Below are positions 1 through 12,369 of a stretch of 64,000 bases of DNA, in pieces. The notes below the pieces were generated by a model. That model saw only the letters and a program-made list of their open reading frames with translations, was not told where the DNA came from and made no database searches. Source of the stretch: Hydrolagus affinis (taxonomy: Eukaryota). The DNA lies in contig JAAILG010000409.1 of assembly GCA_012026655.1 (NCBI GenBank), forward strand, positions 1 to 64,000, written 5' to 3'. How positions within the stretch are numbered: position 1 is the stretch's first letter; each line of letters starts with the position of its first letter. A program made the translations under genes and the position numbers.

Positions 1-30
1 TGGTTCGATTACATTTCCATTCACTCTCAA

Positions 31-85
31 TCATAATAATAATCCTTGCATTTGATGTAGCGCTTTATCACGCTGTCCCAAGTGT
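31..85 (-). mobile_element. SINE family A 3' tail fragment
   Basis: Reverse complement of ...GTGATAAAGCGCTACATCAAATGCAAGGATTATTATT, the tail seen in the full-length copies. Confidence 0.75.
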
Positions 86-639
86 ACATTAAGGCATGTC
101 TTTGACTGTATTTTGTAGGCAAAACCCCACCAAAGAATCTCAAGAAATGAATACTGAAATGTGTTGGGGGAGGGGAGAAGCATGTTATGGAAAGCCATAT
201 TTAAGCTTTTTATTTTCTGATTTATATCTCTCCTCACCCTCCCCATAAACTTATCAAAACGGTAAAATCCAATTTTTGCAGTAATGTGGATAATCAAAGG
301 CAGGTGGCACCTGAGCTGGGTTGGTGGGAAAAAGATAGCCGACTAATTAAAGCTGATAAAAAAAAGCATGTGTATTTAATACGATCTACAAGAGCCATGT
401 TATTACACGCTGGTAGAGTATCCATAGAATCTGAACTAGTCTGATCACTGTGATTGATGGTCAGGGCCTGCTCAAAAATGATGTCTGTCAGTACCTGAAA
501 GTGAGCTGTCTGTATTTCGGCAAATAAGATTCCACCCCTCAATCATACCATTAAGTGAACTTGCATTTTTAGTGGTTTTACTGTATCTTGTATCCATTTA
601 GTTTAAGAAATTATTAGATGTGATTAATCTCGGCAGTAT

Positions 640-760
640 TGCCCACAGAGTATGCGCCGTGCGGTCATTTCACTTTATAGTTTATTCTGCAAAATGCTCT
701 TGAGACTCCTCGGAAGAGGCGATAAGGCGCTATATCAAATGGAAGGGTTATTATTTATTT
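640..760 (+). mobile_element. SINE family A, diverged 3' part
   Basis: CATTTCACTTTATAGTTTATTCTGC...GATAAGGCGCTATATCAAATGGAAGGGTTATTATT matches the family tail. Confidence 0.7.
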
Positions 761-1282
761 TTGAAGGTAATGCTGGAAAAGCAATGTTGATACTCGTATA
801 TCTTGTGGAAGTAATTTGCAACAAAACAAAAATTTAGCTAGAATATTTCTAATTTTGTATTTACAATTGTTTGACATTCTAATCTATCTTGTTTCAAATA
901 TCATCTACAAAGTTAACCTTTCCTCATTCTTCTTTTTACAGTTGGACTAAAGTAACTACAACAAATGGAGCACGAATGGCATCTGTTAATTGAAAAGTGG
1001 ATGAAACTCCCAAACTATCCCCATCTTAGTGAAGCAAATGTTCTCTGACGCTCCTTTTGTAAATAAAGTTTAAAAATTCACTTTGCTCTTTTCTGTTCAG
1101 TTATTGATCGCTGAGTAAGGGAAAATAAAAGTGATGCAGGAGGAAGTTGACCAGTCCTGGCCTTTTACAAGCCTTTTTTGTAAGAAGATGGGAAAGAGTG
1201 AGTCAGAATGATTTAGGAATGGAGTGCCAGAGGATTGGTACATAGTTGACAGCTGCCTGTCAATGGTGGGGTAAGGGTAGGT

Positions 1283-1518
1283 ACCTTGGGCAAGTTTCCT
1301 TACTCTACATGCCTAATGATAATCCCTCAAAAAATATAATAAACTGGTCACTTCAATCCATGACGGTTTGTGGAACACTGCTGTGCGCAGTCGGCTGCTG
1401 CGTTTGCACACAAATATACAGTCAATTCACTTTACAATGTATTCCGTGAAGCACTATGAGACAGCTAGAAAATGTGAAAAGTGCTATACCAAATGCAAGG
1501 ATGATGATTATTATCATC
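1283..1518 (+). mobile_element. SINE family A, 5'-truncated (no tRNA head)
   Basis: Runs from CCTTGGGCAAGTTTCCTTACTC through GTTTGTGGAACACTGCTGTGCGC to AAATGCAAGGATGATGATTATT. Confidence 0.9.
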
Positions 1519-1820
1519 AAAGACCTCAATTAGCATCTGGTGTGATATCAGATTTGAACAATAGCAGACCTATCTGCATCACATGGATATACAGCTGTGA
1601 TCACAGATATAGCTGTGTCCACTGGTTTTAAATATTGCATTCTACAGTGCTGAATTCTGGTTGCTGGTAAAATTTTAAGGCTAACAGGTGTTTTTTTAAA
1701 TAAGGGTGATGAAAATATCATCACAAAAAGCTATTTTAGGATGCTGAAGAATCCTGTATTGAAATTCGGTTTAGTTAACATGGTATTTTGGAACAGAATT
1801 CCATAAAAGAATCAATATAC

Positions 1821-2053
1821 CAAAGTGAATGACTATATTTGTCGGCGAAACGTAGCAGCCAATTACGCACAGCAATGTTTCACAACAGTTGGGGATTGAA
1901 ATGACCAATTTTATAGTTTTTTTTGGAGGGATTATTATTAGGCATGGGGAGTAAGGAAACTTGTCCAAGGTTTCGCCCTGACCTGCCTGGATTCGAACAC
2001 GGGTCTCACGCTTGTAAAGGCCAGTGCTCTTAACCACTGAGCTACAGGACTCC
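1821..2053 (-). mobile_element. SINE family A, intact head, tail missing
   Basis: Minus strand starts GGAGTCCTGTAGCTCAGTGGTTAAAGCAC (A box) and contains GTTCGAATCC (B box). Confidence 0.9.
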
Positions 2054-2764
2054 GGAAAGAAATTCGACGCTGCTGACTGCTAACTAAATGGATTTAGAGT
2101 TAGAACAACATATATATCAAAATAATCTTGTGGAAAATTGGATGGGGAGGCAGATGAAATTGTGACTGATTACTGTAGTTAATTATTCAGGTTCCATGTC
2201 TTAATGCTGGGTTTATATTGCATCATCTGATGAATCATCACAATTTGGGTGGTAATTTAATTTGCTGTGAAACATGCAGACATGTGAAACATTGTGTTTT
2301 TACACAAAAACAAAAAAACTATGTTGGTGTTAAAGCCACATGTGGCAGAACTCTAAAATGAGGTGTCCTTTTCTTTTCCAGGGCTTTGATGGTGTGTGAT
2401 GAGCGGAATGTACAGCTTGCAGAAGCTGTACATCACACTGGAAGCCAAACCATTTCCCATAAATGGAATATTAATAAGCAGGAGCCTTTAAAACATCATT
2501 ATCTTGGCAACTGACTTGCTATAATCTGACAACACTACTTTTTAATTAGGTAAAATATGTGCGGGAGTGGATAAAAAAAGGATGAATATTAAATAAAACA
2601 AGCTCAATTTTTGGATTTTGAATGAATAAATGATACATCGGATATTCTGGCAATACACGAGGCAGTTGACACATTAACATTTTATTCTAAACATTTCCCT
2701 TTATTTAAATGGGTTTTCAGCAGAATATGACTATTCTTTAGTTTGAAATAATGCGCGTGTGAGT

Positions 2765-3018
2765 TTATGTTAGCAATTTAGCACTTCCACCTGAAGTTAG
2801 AAAGATGTGGGTCTGTATTCCTATGACATAATTTTGAAGAACTACATTGTTGGAAGGTGCTATTTTTTTAAGGTAAAATGTTAAATTGGTTATGTAGGTG
2901 GATGATAAAAATTGCCATGAAAACCTTCAAACAAGTTGATTGCGTCATGGTATCTCTTTGTCCTGGTCACTATTCTTTCATCCCCAAAAACTGGTCATTG
3001 ATTTCATTGCTGTTTATG
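2765..3018 (+). mobile_element. Old DeuSINE-type SINE, heavily decayed
   Basis: Collinear with 26900-27295: GGAAGGTGC..., AGGTGGATGATAAAA, TGTCCTGGTCA, CTGGTCATT...ATTGCTGTTT. Confidence 0.5.
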
Positions 3019-4270
3019 CCTTAGATTAGCTAAGTCACAAAGCAATTTAATATGTGGAGGTTTTACATTTGCTAATGTGATATGGACCTGTATCAAATTG
3101 ATGCACTATTTAAATAAATATGAATCTATCTTTAGAGTTTTAAAGGGAATAAAAATATTGGATTTAGTGTTATTTGGAGTGAGTGGTTTTTCTTTACCAG
3201 CATTTTCAGCTAGATGGCACAATACTAACACAGTTTGGCTTTTTTTTATATATGTGTCTGGTATTATCTGATCCACATGATTAGTCTCATACTTAATCTG
3301 TGATAATTAAATGTCTGTTATCTTTGGGGGGTGGAATACATGATGTTTGTAGTAAGAAGTCACCGTTAGCATCTCCTGGCTGAACCACTTCTCATTTTCC
3401 CCCTCTTATCCTGTTGTGATTTAGCTTGGGAGTCTAGTTTGTTTTGACATGAAACAAATGAAGCTGAAATGAAGGGGGAAAAACAGCTGTTTTTTTGGGG
3501 GGGGTAACAAAACTAAACTGATAATGGCTTTCAATTTAAGAGGGCAAGGAGGGATATTCAAAGTTGAGAATGATAAATCCCAGAGACCTATTTTACCAAT
3601 ATACGTAGAAGGCAAATGTGAAGAATCCAGAGGTGCGAAAGCAAGTGTTTAAATATAGAAAAGCTATGCTATGGCCCAGAAGTTTGAAATGCAGGGACGA
3701 AGAATGAGTTGAGCCTAAAAGTGGCATCAAGCCTGAACTTTAAAAAATCCTGCTTGTCTGTGAGAGTGTTTCTGTGATGTCTTTTTTTCCATCAGCACCT
3801 TTCTAGACAGTGCTGTTGTTCTCATGAATAAGATGCACGGATCACCGATGAAGTATAAAAGATGTGCCTTGGAGAGAAAAATCCCAGTGCTCAAAAATGC
3901 TATGTGGATAAAATAAAAGAAACCTAAACATTTAACTTTATTACTCTGGTATTAGGAAAGGCCGGTGGGGTAAGAACAACACATCACTTTGGGTGAAATG
4001 ATTGGATGAATTGCTATTTTTTGCAAGCTGTGCATATCCAAACCCAAGACTGGTTTAATTTGTTCTGAATAAGTCTATAGAATCGCAGAAATATCTCTTG
4101 GCTTATAGTACTACAATCCATTCAATTTCATTCTGTTTACCTGTCTTTTCCCTTACTCTCCTGCAAATGAATAGAAATGTAGAAGAATATAGATTCTGTC
4201 TGATTCAATGTTCAGTTTGGGGCATATCACATGCCTAGGAATTACAATGGCAGAATACTGGCTATGAATA

Positions 4271-4328
4271 CAACAACAAAATTACATTTGTACAACGACT
4301 TTCACATCGAGAGGACGTCCTAAGGCGA
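4271..4328 (-). mobile_element. L2-type 3' hairpin tail with (TTG)n
   Basis: Minus strand reads CGCCTTAGGACGTCCTCTCGATGTGAAAGTCGTTGTACAAATGTAATTTTGTTGTTG. Confidence 0.7.
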
Positions 4329-4479
4329 TGCTTTATGGTGATGCATTATGAATACTACTTTGGTGTCACCTTAACTAAGGAATGGTGTGGTGAAGTCATA
4401 AATTATAGGAAAGATGAAGAGTGAGTAAGTATACCTGATGTGAGCAACTGATGGTATGTTAATCATATGCAATAGCTCC

Positions 4480-5520
4480 CACACGTTAATCTCTTGTACA
4501 TTGTGCAAATCATTAAGTTTACACACCTACCATACTGAAGAGATTGAGAGTTGTTAACAAAAACTCCATTTCTCAGTTGCTAACAACATTGTGTCTCAAT
4601 CTTGGATGATTACGTTCCTCACCAGTCAGGAAGTCATGACCCAAAAGACATTGAACTGGCACCTGATGAAGGGCAAATAATCCCAGTCATAAAGGATATA
4701 TGAGACAGACTGAAATTAAACCCCAGGAGAGGTTTAAGAGCAGACCACAACTGATGCAAATATATACCTTCATCTCCCTGACATCTTTGACAAGCAGCAA
4801 AGGTTGAGATGAACATTCTGCTTGGAATGTACGGCATGTAGCCGATCCAGTGCTGAATTTTAAACACATTGTATTAAACTTACATGGACCAAGACCAATA
4901 CAAATATATATTATTCCACCCAAAATGAAATAATTGCAAAAATTCTAAACCATCTTCCAGGCTTAAAAATAATGAAGCTCATAGCATAAGTTAATGAAAA
5001 CCATAATTTATGTCATTTTTTTCTACAAAATGAAACCCATTAAATGTTATAATGACCACGAAGATATTTAAGTAACATCTATAAAATCCTGTAAAGGGAA
5101 GATGGCAGAGCTTGTTTTCAATTCTGAAAAGAATAGTTAAAAAAAAATCTGGCATTAATGAATAAGCGTCAAAAGTTCACTTCTTCTTGTTATTGAGTTG
5201 TATTCCAAAAGTATATTTGTTCATGAATTGAATAGCTGTACTGTATTGCCATTTATTTCAAACCAGTTTCTTGCAAAAAGTTTTTCTCTTGAATTCTATG
5301 ATTTCCAGTTGGCCTTGTGACCATTGGAATACTCATTAGAGGGGGGAAATAGCTGGACATTTCATATTTTTATATCGTTCTTCAAATCCTCCCTTGGTCT
5401 CCACAGTTTTTGTTAGCACTCATGTTGTTCTTTGGTAGAAATCTATGCCCAGCAATCTGATTACATCTCTTAATACTGGTCACTTCTAAAAGAAATCTGC
5501 TCTATACAGTTGAGCTGGAA
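4480..5520 (-). mobile_element. Decayed L1-clade LINE ORF2 C-terminal region
   Basis: ORF 4634-4867 reads FKIQH...CQRCQGDEGIYLHQLWS, matching the L1 ORF2 'FKILHR...CxRCxxxxGxxxHxxWxC' zinc knuckle. Further frameshifted L1-like peptides (FSELK, FYRCY) lie near 5060-5130. Confidence 0.65.
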
Positions 5521-5660
5521 ATTGTGACCTTGAATGGTGCCTATATGTAAAACAAACACAGAGCTAATTGTTTTATACAGTTGCTGTGAATTCACGACTG
5601 AGTTGAATTCATGCCATTACCATTGATGCTTTATTTGATTTTTATATATTTTTATACATT

Positions 5661-5734
5661 TCTCCCACAAATATACAGCCAATTCACTTTACAGTATATT
5701 CTGTGAAGCGCTTTGAGACATCTTGAAGACGTGA
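5661..5734 (+). mobile_element. SINE family A internal/3' fragment
   Basis: CCCACAAATATACAGCCAATTCACTTTACAGTATATTCTGTGAAGCGCTTTGAGAC. Confidence 0.85.
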
Positions 5735-5980
5735 GTCTCACAGGACCAAGCACCCTCTGTACCTGAGACACTCCCTGTGATCTACCCTCTACCCTTCCTC
5801 CTGCAGGGAAATACCGAGTGGAGTTCAGGCACCTCCCTACATTGAGGCAGCTGGACTGAAGAGTTCACAGGAATGTTGAGTGTGTGGGGATGAATTGAAC
5901 CTAAGAGCCTTGATATATTGACATATTGTAGTGTTCTTGCAGCATCACTGAGCAGCTCTAATTACTCAGATAAACATAGT

Positions 5981-6268
5981 AATAATAATAATAATCCTTG
6001 CATTGATATAATGCTTTTCACGTCTTCTAGACATCTCAAAGCGCTTCACAGAATATACTGTAAAGTGAATTGACTGTATATTTATATATACAGCAGTGTC
6101 CCACAAAGAGCGTGAATTGAAATGACCAATTTTTTTTTTTTTTTTTGAGGGATTATTATTAGGCATGTGGAGTAAGGACGCCCAAGGTTTCGCCCTAACC
6201 TGACTGGATTCGAACACAGGTCTCATGCTTGTGAGGCAAGTGCTCTAACCACTGAGGTACAGGACTCC
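5981..6268 (-). mobile_element. SINE family A, near full length
   Basis: GGAGTCCTGT head with A and B boxes, A-run linker, small internal deletion, (TTA)n tail. Confidence 0.92.
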
Positions 6269-6687
6269 ACATTTTAGCATTTTATTCAACATAACTTGAA
6301 TATTGCCTTCTTGGTCCTTTAGTCACCCAGGTTATTGACTTGGTTGGACAGCATTTCGGTGCATCCATTAATATGAAACTACTGGCAAGGAGATTTGAAT
6401 TGTCATTATGTTCTTACAAACTATGACAGAATATGGGGCTGAATTTGGTTCTGGGAGCACGTTAGAAATGTTTTGGCAGGAAATTGACTGTTGATTCAAT
6501 CCCAATACATTATTGCTGTTGTGGGAGACAACCACTGATGATTTGTTAAGCTGCCAGATAAACTACAAGTGGGGATCGGGCAAATGAATCATATTAATGG
6601 CTTGGAAGCAACCCACTTGACCTTTCTAAACAAATGATCTTATTTGTGATGGAGGTGTGTGAGGAGTAAAGCTCGTTTCACAGAGGC

Positions 6688-7150
6688 AGAAATGGAGCAA
6701 GGATGATTGAGGGAACAGAGGGACTGAACCTTGAGGAGCGATTAGATAAACTGAGCGTGTTCACACTGGAGAAGAAAAGGTTGAGAGATGATATGATTGC
6801 AGTCTTTAAGATTCTGAAGGGAATAAATAATGTAGAACATAATAACTTGTTTTATCCGGTATTGAATAGTAGAACCAGAGGACATACCCAGCGATTGTAG
6901 GCGCGTAAATTCAGAACAAATCTGCGGAAACACCACTACAGTGAGCAAGTAGTAAACTTATGGAACAGGCTCCCTAGGAAGACAGTGGAAGCAGAAAATA
7001 TAATTTGTTTCAAGAACAAATTAGTTAGATTTCTGCTTGAAAATAAGATACAGTGCATAATTTGGGACACATGTTAAGCAACTGTTAGGATGGTGGAAGG
7101 CAAATAAGATGGACCTTGGTCTTCATTCTCCTAGCAAATTCTTATGTTCT
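6688..7150 (+). mobile_element. CR1 LINE 3' end (ORF2 C-terminus plus 3' UTR), pseudogenised
   Basis: EERLDKLSVFTLEKKRLRDDMIAVFKILKG...RTRGH, an in-frame stop, then KFRTNLRKHHYSEQVVNLWNRLP...FKNKLVRFL, all classic CR1 motifs. Ends in TTCTTATGTTCT. Confidence 0.92.
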
Positions 7151-7367
7151 TTTGAGCTAACACAGTTTAACAAATTGGATGTAATCTCCACAATCCATGG
7201 GGACATGGGGGGGAAACTTTCAGGAAGATGTAATGACTTTAATGTTGGGAACATTATTAAAATTAAGCAGTTTGGAAGTGTTGCAGGTTGGGGTTATAAA
7301 TATATTTGAACTACTTATCACGAGAGTTGCCCAATTTGCCCCAAATATTCTTATAATAATAAAATCT

Positions 7368-7540
7368 TAATAATAATCCTTGCATTTGATAAGCACCTGA
7401 TCAGGTCTTCAAGATGTCTCAAAGCACTTCACAGAACATACGTTAAAGTGAATGAACTAACATTTTGTGGGACAAACATGGCAACCAATTGCACACAGCA
7501 GTGACCCACAAAGTGTTGTAGATTGAGTGACTACAATTTT
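7368..7540 (-). mobile_element. SINE family A / DeuSINE 3' half
   Basis: TAATAATCCTTGCATTTGAT...CAATTGCACACAGCAGTGACCCACAAA. Confidence 0.85.
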
Positions 7541-7710
7541 TAAAACATATGTAGAGAATTGCCTGAGTCATTCTTAAGTGCCCTTCAAACTACTTATTAC
7601 AGGGAGTTTTAAGTTCAACTTCAAATTAACCTCGAAAAGCTCCAGTGTTGAACTTTGCGATTGTCAATAACAGACCAGCTTCAGATTGGTGGAAAATTAA
7701 GTGATATAAT

Positions 7711-8046
7711 AATATTATAATAATAATAATAAATTATTGCATCTGATATAGCGCTTTTCACATCTTCTAGACGACTCAAAGCACTTCACAGAATATACAG
7801 TACTGTAAAGTGAATTGACTGTATATTTATGGGTGAAATGTGGAAGCCAATTGTGCACAGCAGTGTCCAACAAACAGTTGTGGATTGAAATGACCGATTT
7901 TATTATTGTGTTTTTTGGGGGAGGGATTATTATTTGGCGTGTGGAATAAGGAAACTTGCCCAAGGTTTTACCCTGATTCGCTTGGATTCGAACACAGGTC
8001 TCATGCTTGTAAGGTGAGTGCTCTAACCACTGAGCTACAGGACTCC
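7711..8046 (-). mobile_element. SINE family A, full length, with a 5-bp CAGTA insertion
   Basis: Complete from head to (TTA)n. Has GAATATACAGTACTGTAAAG where the consensus is GAATATACTGTAAAG. Confidence 0.93.
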
Positions 8047-8049
8047 TCT

Positions 8050-8240
8050 GTGGCTGATATCAGCTGTAGTTGGGTTTTAATTGACCTCAACAGCCTTGGG
8101 TCAGGCAGGTGGGTAAAAATTGTTTTGGGATTCCTGACTCTTATTGATGAACTGAAACCACTCCTTGACGAGGTGATGTGTGCATATGATGAGGACAAGA
8201 TTGAGTTCAGCTGTGGTTGCCCTGACCAATAGCCTGCCCC
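8050..8240 (+). mobile_element. Ancient SINE family B fragment
   Basis: GGCTGATATCAGCTG...AATTGACCTCA...GAGGACAAGATTG...AATAGCC, collinear with 11650-11852. Confidence 0.5.
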
Positions 8241-9247
8241 TCCCTCCCAAGGGTCTCTGATGAATGAAGAGCATTTGGGTGAATTACAAGAGAATGCCTG
8301 GTTGACTGTGCTCCAGTTGAAGGATATTCCTTTGAGGAAAGACGGGGGAAAAGTGGAAAAGAAGGAGAGACAATGATTCTTTTTGGCTTAAGTGGGTAAG
8401 TAAGTCTAGCAGTGAGTGCCACTTATGATGATGATGGATGGAAACTAATAACTGAACCATTTAAATACATTTAGACTTACAGTGCCCAGTATTGACCCTG
8501 GTATTTTATCATGAGCTGTGTTTGATTTGGTCCTCACAATCAAGGACAGATTGGATATAGATTTTGTGAAAATAGTCCGGTAGTTGTTCAATAGCAGCGC
8601 ACTGAACTGCATAGTCCCTGGATAGTTCTGAGAAGCAGGTTAATTGGATGGGCATATAGGTTAGTTTGAGCTACTTTGCTTACCATAGAAATTATTGACA
8701 GCAGGTGTGGGGAGCAGCAATATAATACTATATTCTGTGCAGATCGAAAGGCTGATACAATTACTGTCAGGCTCAATAAAATGTTTTATTCCATTGAATT
8801 TACTTTGTGCAAATTGTAAAATGCAGTCCTACAGTATTTTGCTGAGAAGGAGTTTAGCCCAGATATTTCAATGAACCCTCAAACTTTATCTTAATCTTAT
8901 GCTTAAAATAGCCATCTTTACTGCTACTATCTGGTAGAATTTTGCATTATGTAGATGTATGGAAAAGATTGCAATCTTTAGCGATCAACATAAGAAGGAA
9001 GCATTACCTTTTTTTGTTGGGGTGGGGTGCATCGTCCTGCCATTGTGCTTTGTTACATAAATTAACATTTCTGTTATTTACTTGCTTTACTTGATTTAGT
9101 TCACCTTGAAATTTCTTTTCTTGTCCCTCTGTGGCTCTGAATGGTGATGTTAAAATTTGGACCTCTTGTCATCTGTGATGTAATGAATCTTGTTCTTTTT
9201 TTTTGACAAGGCAGAGGAATTGGGGTTTTAAGCAGGCCATAGCATTG

Positions 9248-9316
9248 AAGCACTCTGTGACGCCGTCCGACATGGAGGGTGCTATATAAATCCAAGTTGT
9301 TGTTGTTGTTATTGTT
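9248..9316 (+). mobile_element. L2-type tail variant C with (TTG)n
   Basis: AAGCACTCTGTGACGCCGTCCGACATGGAGGGTGCTATATAAATCCAAG(TTG)n, closely similar to 33596-33656. Confidence 0.7.
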
Positions 9317-10040
9317 GGTGAATGACAGGTTGAGATGCAGGAGATCACAGAACTCTAACCACAAGAATTATATCACATGTTTCTGTAAACTTAATAATAT
9401 AGAAAATTTGTGGTTTAAAATAAACAAGGTAACAGGTGAAACCAGCAAAATGATTGATTCAATGTATTCGTAGATTTATGAAGTGACATAGCTTTACTAC
9501 TAAAGATAGAAGTATCATATAAATATCTTCTGCGAGCAGAGTTTTGAGGAAAGAAGGGTTTATTTGTGAAGCTCTCTTCACTGCTGGAATCAATCAGGTT
9601 TTGTAATTTTGTTGTTGTTGTTGTTTCGCACAATGGTGGGGTCATGTTCTGCTTCCCACAGAGTTTATAGATTTCATTCTCTTTATTTCCCTTTATTTCT
9701 TTCTGGTGTTTATTGGATTGAACCAAGAAAGTAGATATGCTCAAAAATGGTTTCAGATAAAATAACTGTATTCTCTGTGGAGTTACTCAGAACTCCAGTA
9801 TACTGTAGTGTTTTTTTTTATGGGGTCTCTAACTTGCAATTTTTGTTTTGAATTTATAGATGCTGTACTTCCAAGTAGCCAAATTTTGAAAGATAAACTA
9901 ACATTTATTAGTGAAAAGCAATGGGCCTTTCAAACGCTGTTTGTAACAGATTTTTCATACATCGCTAACTGAATTGCCCTGGGGTATAGAGAAATAATTG
10001 CAGCAGAATTTTACATAGGGAGTCATTCTTCCAACAAATT

Positions 10041-10105
10041 ACAACAATAAAATTACATTTGTGGAGCGCCTTTCATGTCGGGAGGACATCCCAAGGCGCT
10101 CTTAC
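10041..10105 (-). mobile_element. L2-type 3' hairpin tail with (TTG)n
   Basis: Minus strand reads AGCGCCTTGGGATGTCCTCCCGACATGAAAGGCGCTCCACAAATGTAATTTT. Confidence 0.75.
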
Positions 10106-10529
10106 AATTATTATTCTTGATGAAAGTGAAAACTATTGTCATTGAGTAGCATCTATCTTTGACAATGTGTTTTTTTTTAATAATAGTTGCACTTGATAAC
10201 AGTGTCACTGTTGAGATGGTCTTGGAGTACTTTGTAGGATACACTGCAGAAGTTTTACTGTGTTTTGTGGGTGAAACATTTTATCTAACTCCTTTCACAT
10301 AGAATAATGTGTTGCACTGTTTTAGAGACAGAAATGGAAACCACACGATGTTGGGAGATTTGGAGTGGGGCTATTTTTAGTTTTATTACTAAGCGCTCTC
10401 TGTTTGGAGAGTGCTATATTTGTGCCTGTTGTTCTTATAGCTACTGCTGTTGTTTTGAAAGCAACGAGGAAGATAGAGAGAATTCCAGAGTGTGACAATA
10501 TTATAGGTAAAAAGCTACCAGTTGCGGGA

Positions 10530-10780
10530 TGGGTGATGTCCAGCAGGTCTGAGTTAGCAGAACAAAGGGAAGGAGCAGACTGGGAGTGGAGAAGATCACA
10601 GAAGAGGTGTTTGGAAATGAGAACTAGGATTTTTGAACTCAATCCACTGAGAAATTTTGAGTCAGTGGAGCTTGGCAAGGATGGGATGATGATTACATGG
10701 AGCCTGGTGCAGGAAAAGATTTGGGTGGCAGGGTTCTGAATAAGCTGCATCTCATGGAGGGTTGAGCTAGGAAGGAGAGT
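10530..10780 (-). mobile_element. L2 LINE ORF2 C-terminal relic
   Basis: MQLIQNPATQIFSCTRLHVIIIPSL...SSKILVLISKHL resembles L2 'LQLIQNSAARIL...HITPVL..LHWL...FKIL', with frameshifts. Confidence 0.7.
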
Positions 10781-11649
10781 GTCAGGTTTAAAACTTCATT
10801 CTAGTTGTCTCTACTGATGAAAATCTGGTTCCTGCAACACAGTCACTTTTCCGATGCAAAGTTTTTAAATAATAATAAGTTTAACAGAATGACAGTTTGA
10901 TAATGAGAGGCTAGCCAATCCAAATTAAATAGAAAATCAATTGATTTATGATTTTAAGTGTAAATCTGTGGGCGAATCAAGGAAGCTTACTTAGGAGATA
11001 ATTGAGGCATGGAAGAATATTCATCTTAATAAAAGTTTTGAGAGACGGAGCCTAAACCATTGGTCTGGGGCTCATTTAATTGCTTGAAAATGAATAGATG
11101 GTTTGTCCTAAAGAAATGGAGAATCAAAGACGCTTCATGTTCACTATTAAATATTTAACACCAGACAGGAGGCAGGGAATTGGAACACCGAGGATAATAA
11201 AGAATAATAGGAATTGGTTACAAGAACTATGCACTTGTCCCAAACAATTTTACAATATGTAAAGAAAATGTGTGGTTATTAGCAAAGGTAAATGAGAAAC
11301 CATGATGACATTCTAGGAAGAGATTATTGCAAATTACGTAGCAAAAAGTTAACTTGAGGGAAAAGAAAAAGTACATGTGAAGTACAATGAAATGGGGATG
11401 AAAATGTAAAGTTTCATAACTGATTAAATCTGTGAACAAACATTGCATTTTTCACTCTATGTACTGTATTGCAAAAATGTAAATAGCATTCATTATTACA
11501 GGTGCTACAAACAATTTCTGTAATGTCAACTAAGACTGAATCATAGAAAGGAACAAGGTGCCAAAGAAATGTGCACGGTAAAATCTTGACAAGACGCGCG
11601 CTGACAATCTTTTAAAAAATATACTTACAATCAGCATCAAGCAATAAAC

Positions 11650-11852
11650 CGAGAAAGCCTCAGGGTGTATTTCTGTCTGTGTTGAGTTGGCTGATCTCAG
11701 CTGGTGGATCTTATCTGAATTGGTCTCAGTTGCCCGTGAAAACACCTGCTCCTTCCTGACGGTGTCACAACGAGCCCCTGCTGCAAAGTGTGCAAGTGTG
11801 GATGTCAGGTGAAGACACAATTGGCTTTGCTGCCTTCTTCAGTGTGAATAGC
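11650..11852 (+). mobile_element. Ancient SINE family B
   Basis: GTCTGTGTTGAGTTGGCTGATCTCAGCTGG...AATTGGTCTCAG...CCCCTGCTGCAAAGTG...GGATGTCAGGTGAAGACAC...GAATAGC; these motifs recur at 8050, 14060 and 54060. Confidence 0.55.
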
Positions 11853-12369
11853 ATACAAATCACAACAATGGGTGCTACGTGTTTGTGAGATGCATCGACC
11901 CAACACAACCTATAGGACATTTGCAGGTTCATAAGCTGATGTAACGCGAAGTGGAAAATCAGGCTTTTTAAAACAAAATTTCCAGCACATGACATAACTT
12001 TACTACTTGGTCCGATCCACATGGGATTCCCATGTACCAATGTATTACGTCCACTGCCAGATGATGTTCGACACTGAATGGAATGCCCTGAATAGACTCC
12101 ATACACAGCAAGAATGTATATCGATTAGGAGACCTTTCACAGACACGGATTTAGCCGTGTGCAATCGGTGGAGATGACCCCCAAAGTGGAGATGTGCTGT
12201 GTTTAATACAGAACAAAGACGTTTAGTCTTTCTCGTGATGGAATATATGAAGGTTTGGTGGGACCCTTGGATAACTGGTTGCCACAAATGCAATGGAAAC
12301 ATGATTGTGTCAAATCACTTCAAGATCTGGTAGTAATGTACCACCTTTATCGAAGAGTTGCTTGTAGCA

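Noticed and set aside
1583-1621. Quasi-palindrome TGGATATACAGCTGTGATCACAGATATAGCTGTGTCCA as an ncRNA
   Set aside because: Short, imperfect and single-copy; no support for function.
6703-6900. Host protein-coding gene
   Set aside because: It is a CR1 ORF2 fragment with an in-frame stop, 5'-truncated.
7975-8046. Functional tRNA genes at SINE heads (also 1985-2053, 19921, 43400, 56870)
   Set aside because: A and B boxes are present, but there is no complementary 3' acceptor strand, the anticodon region varies between copies, and each head runs straight into the SINE body.
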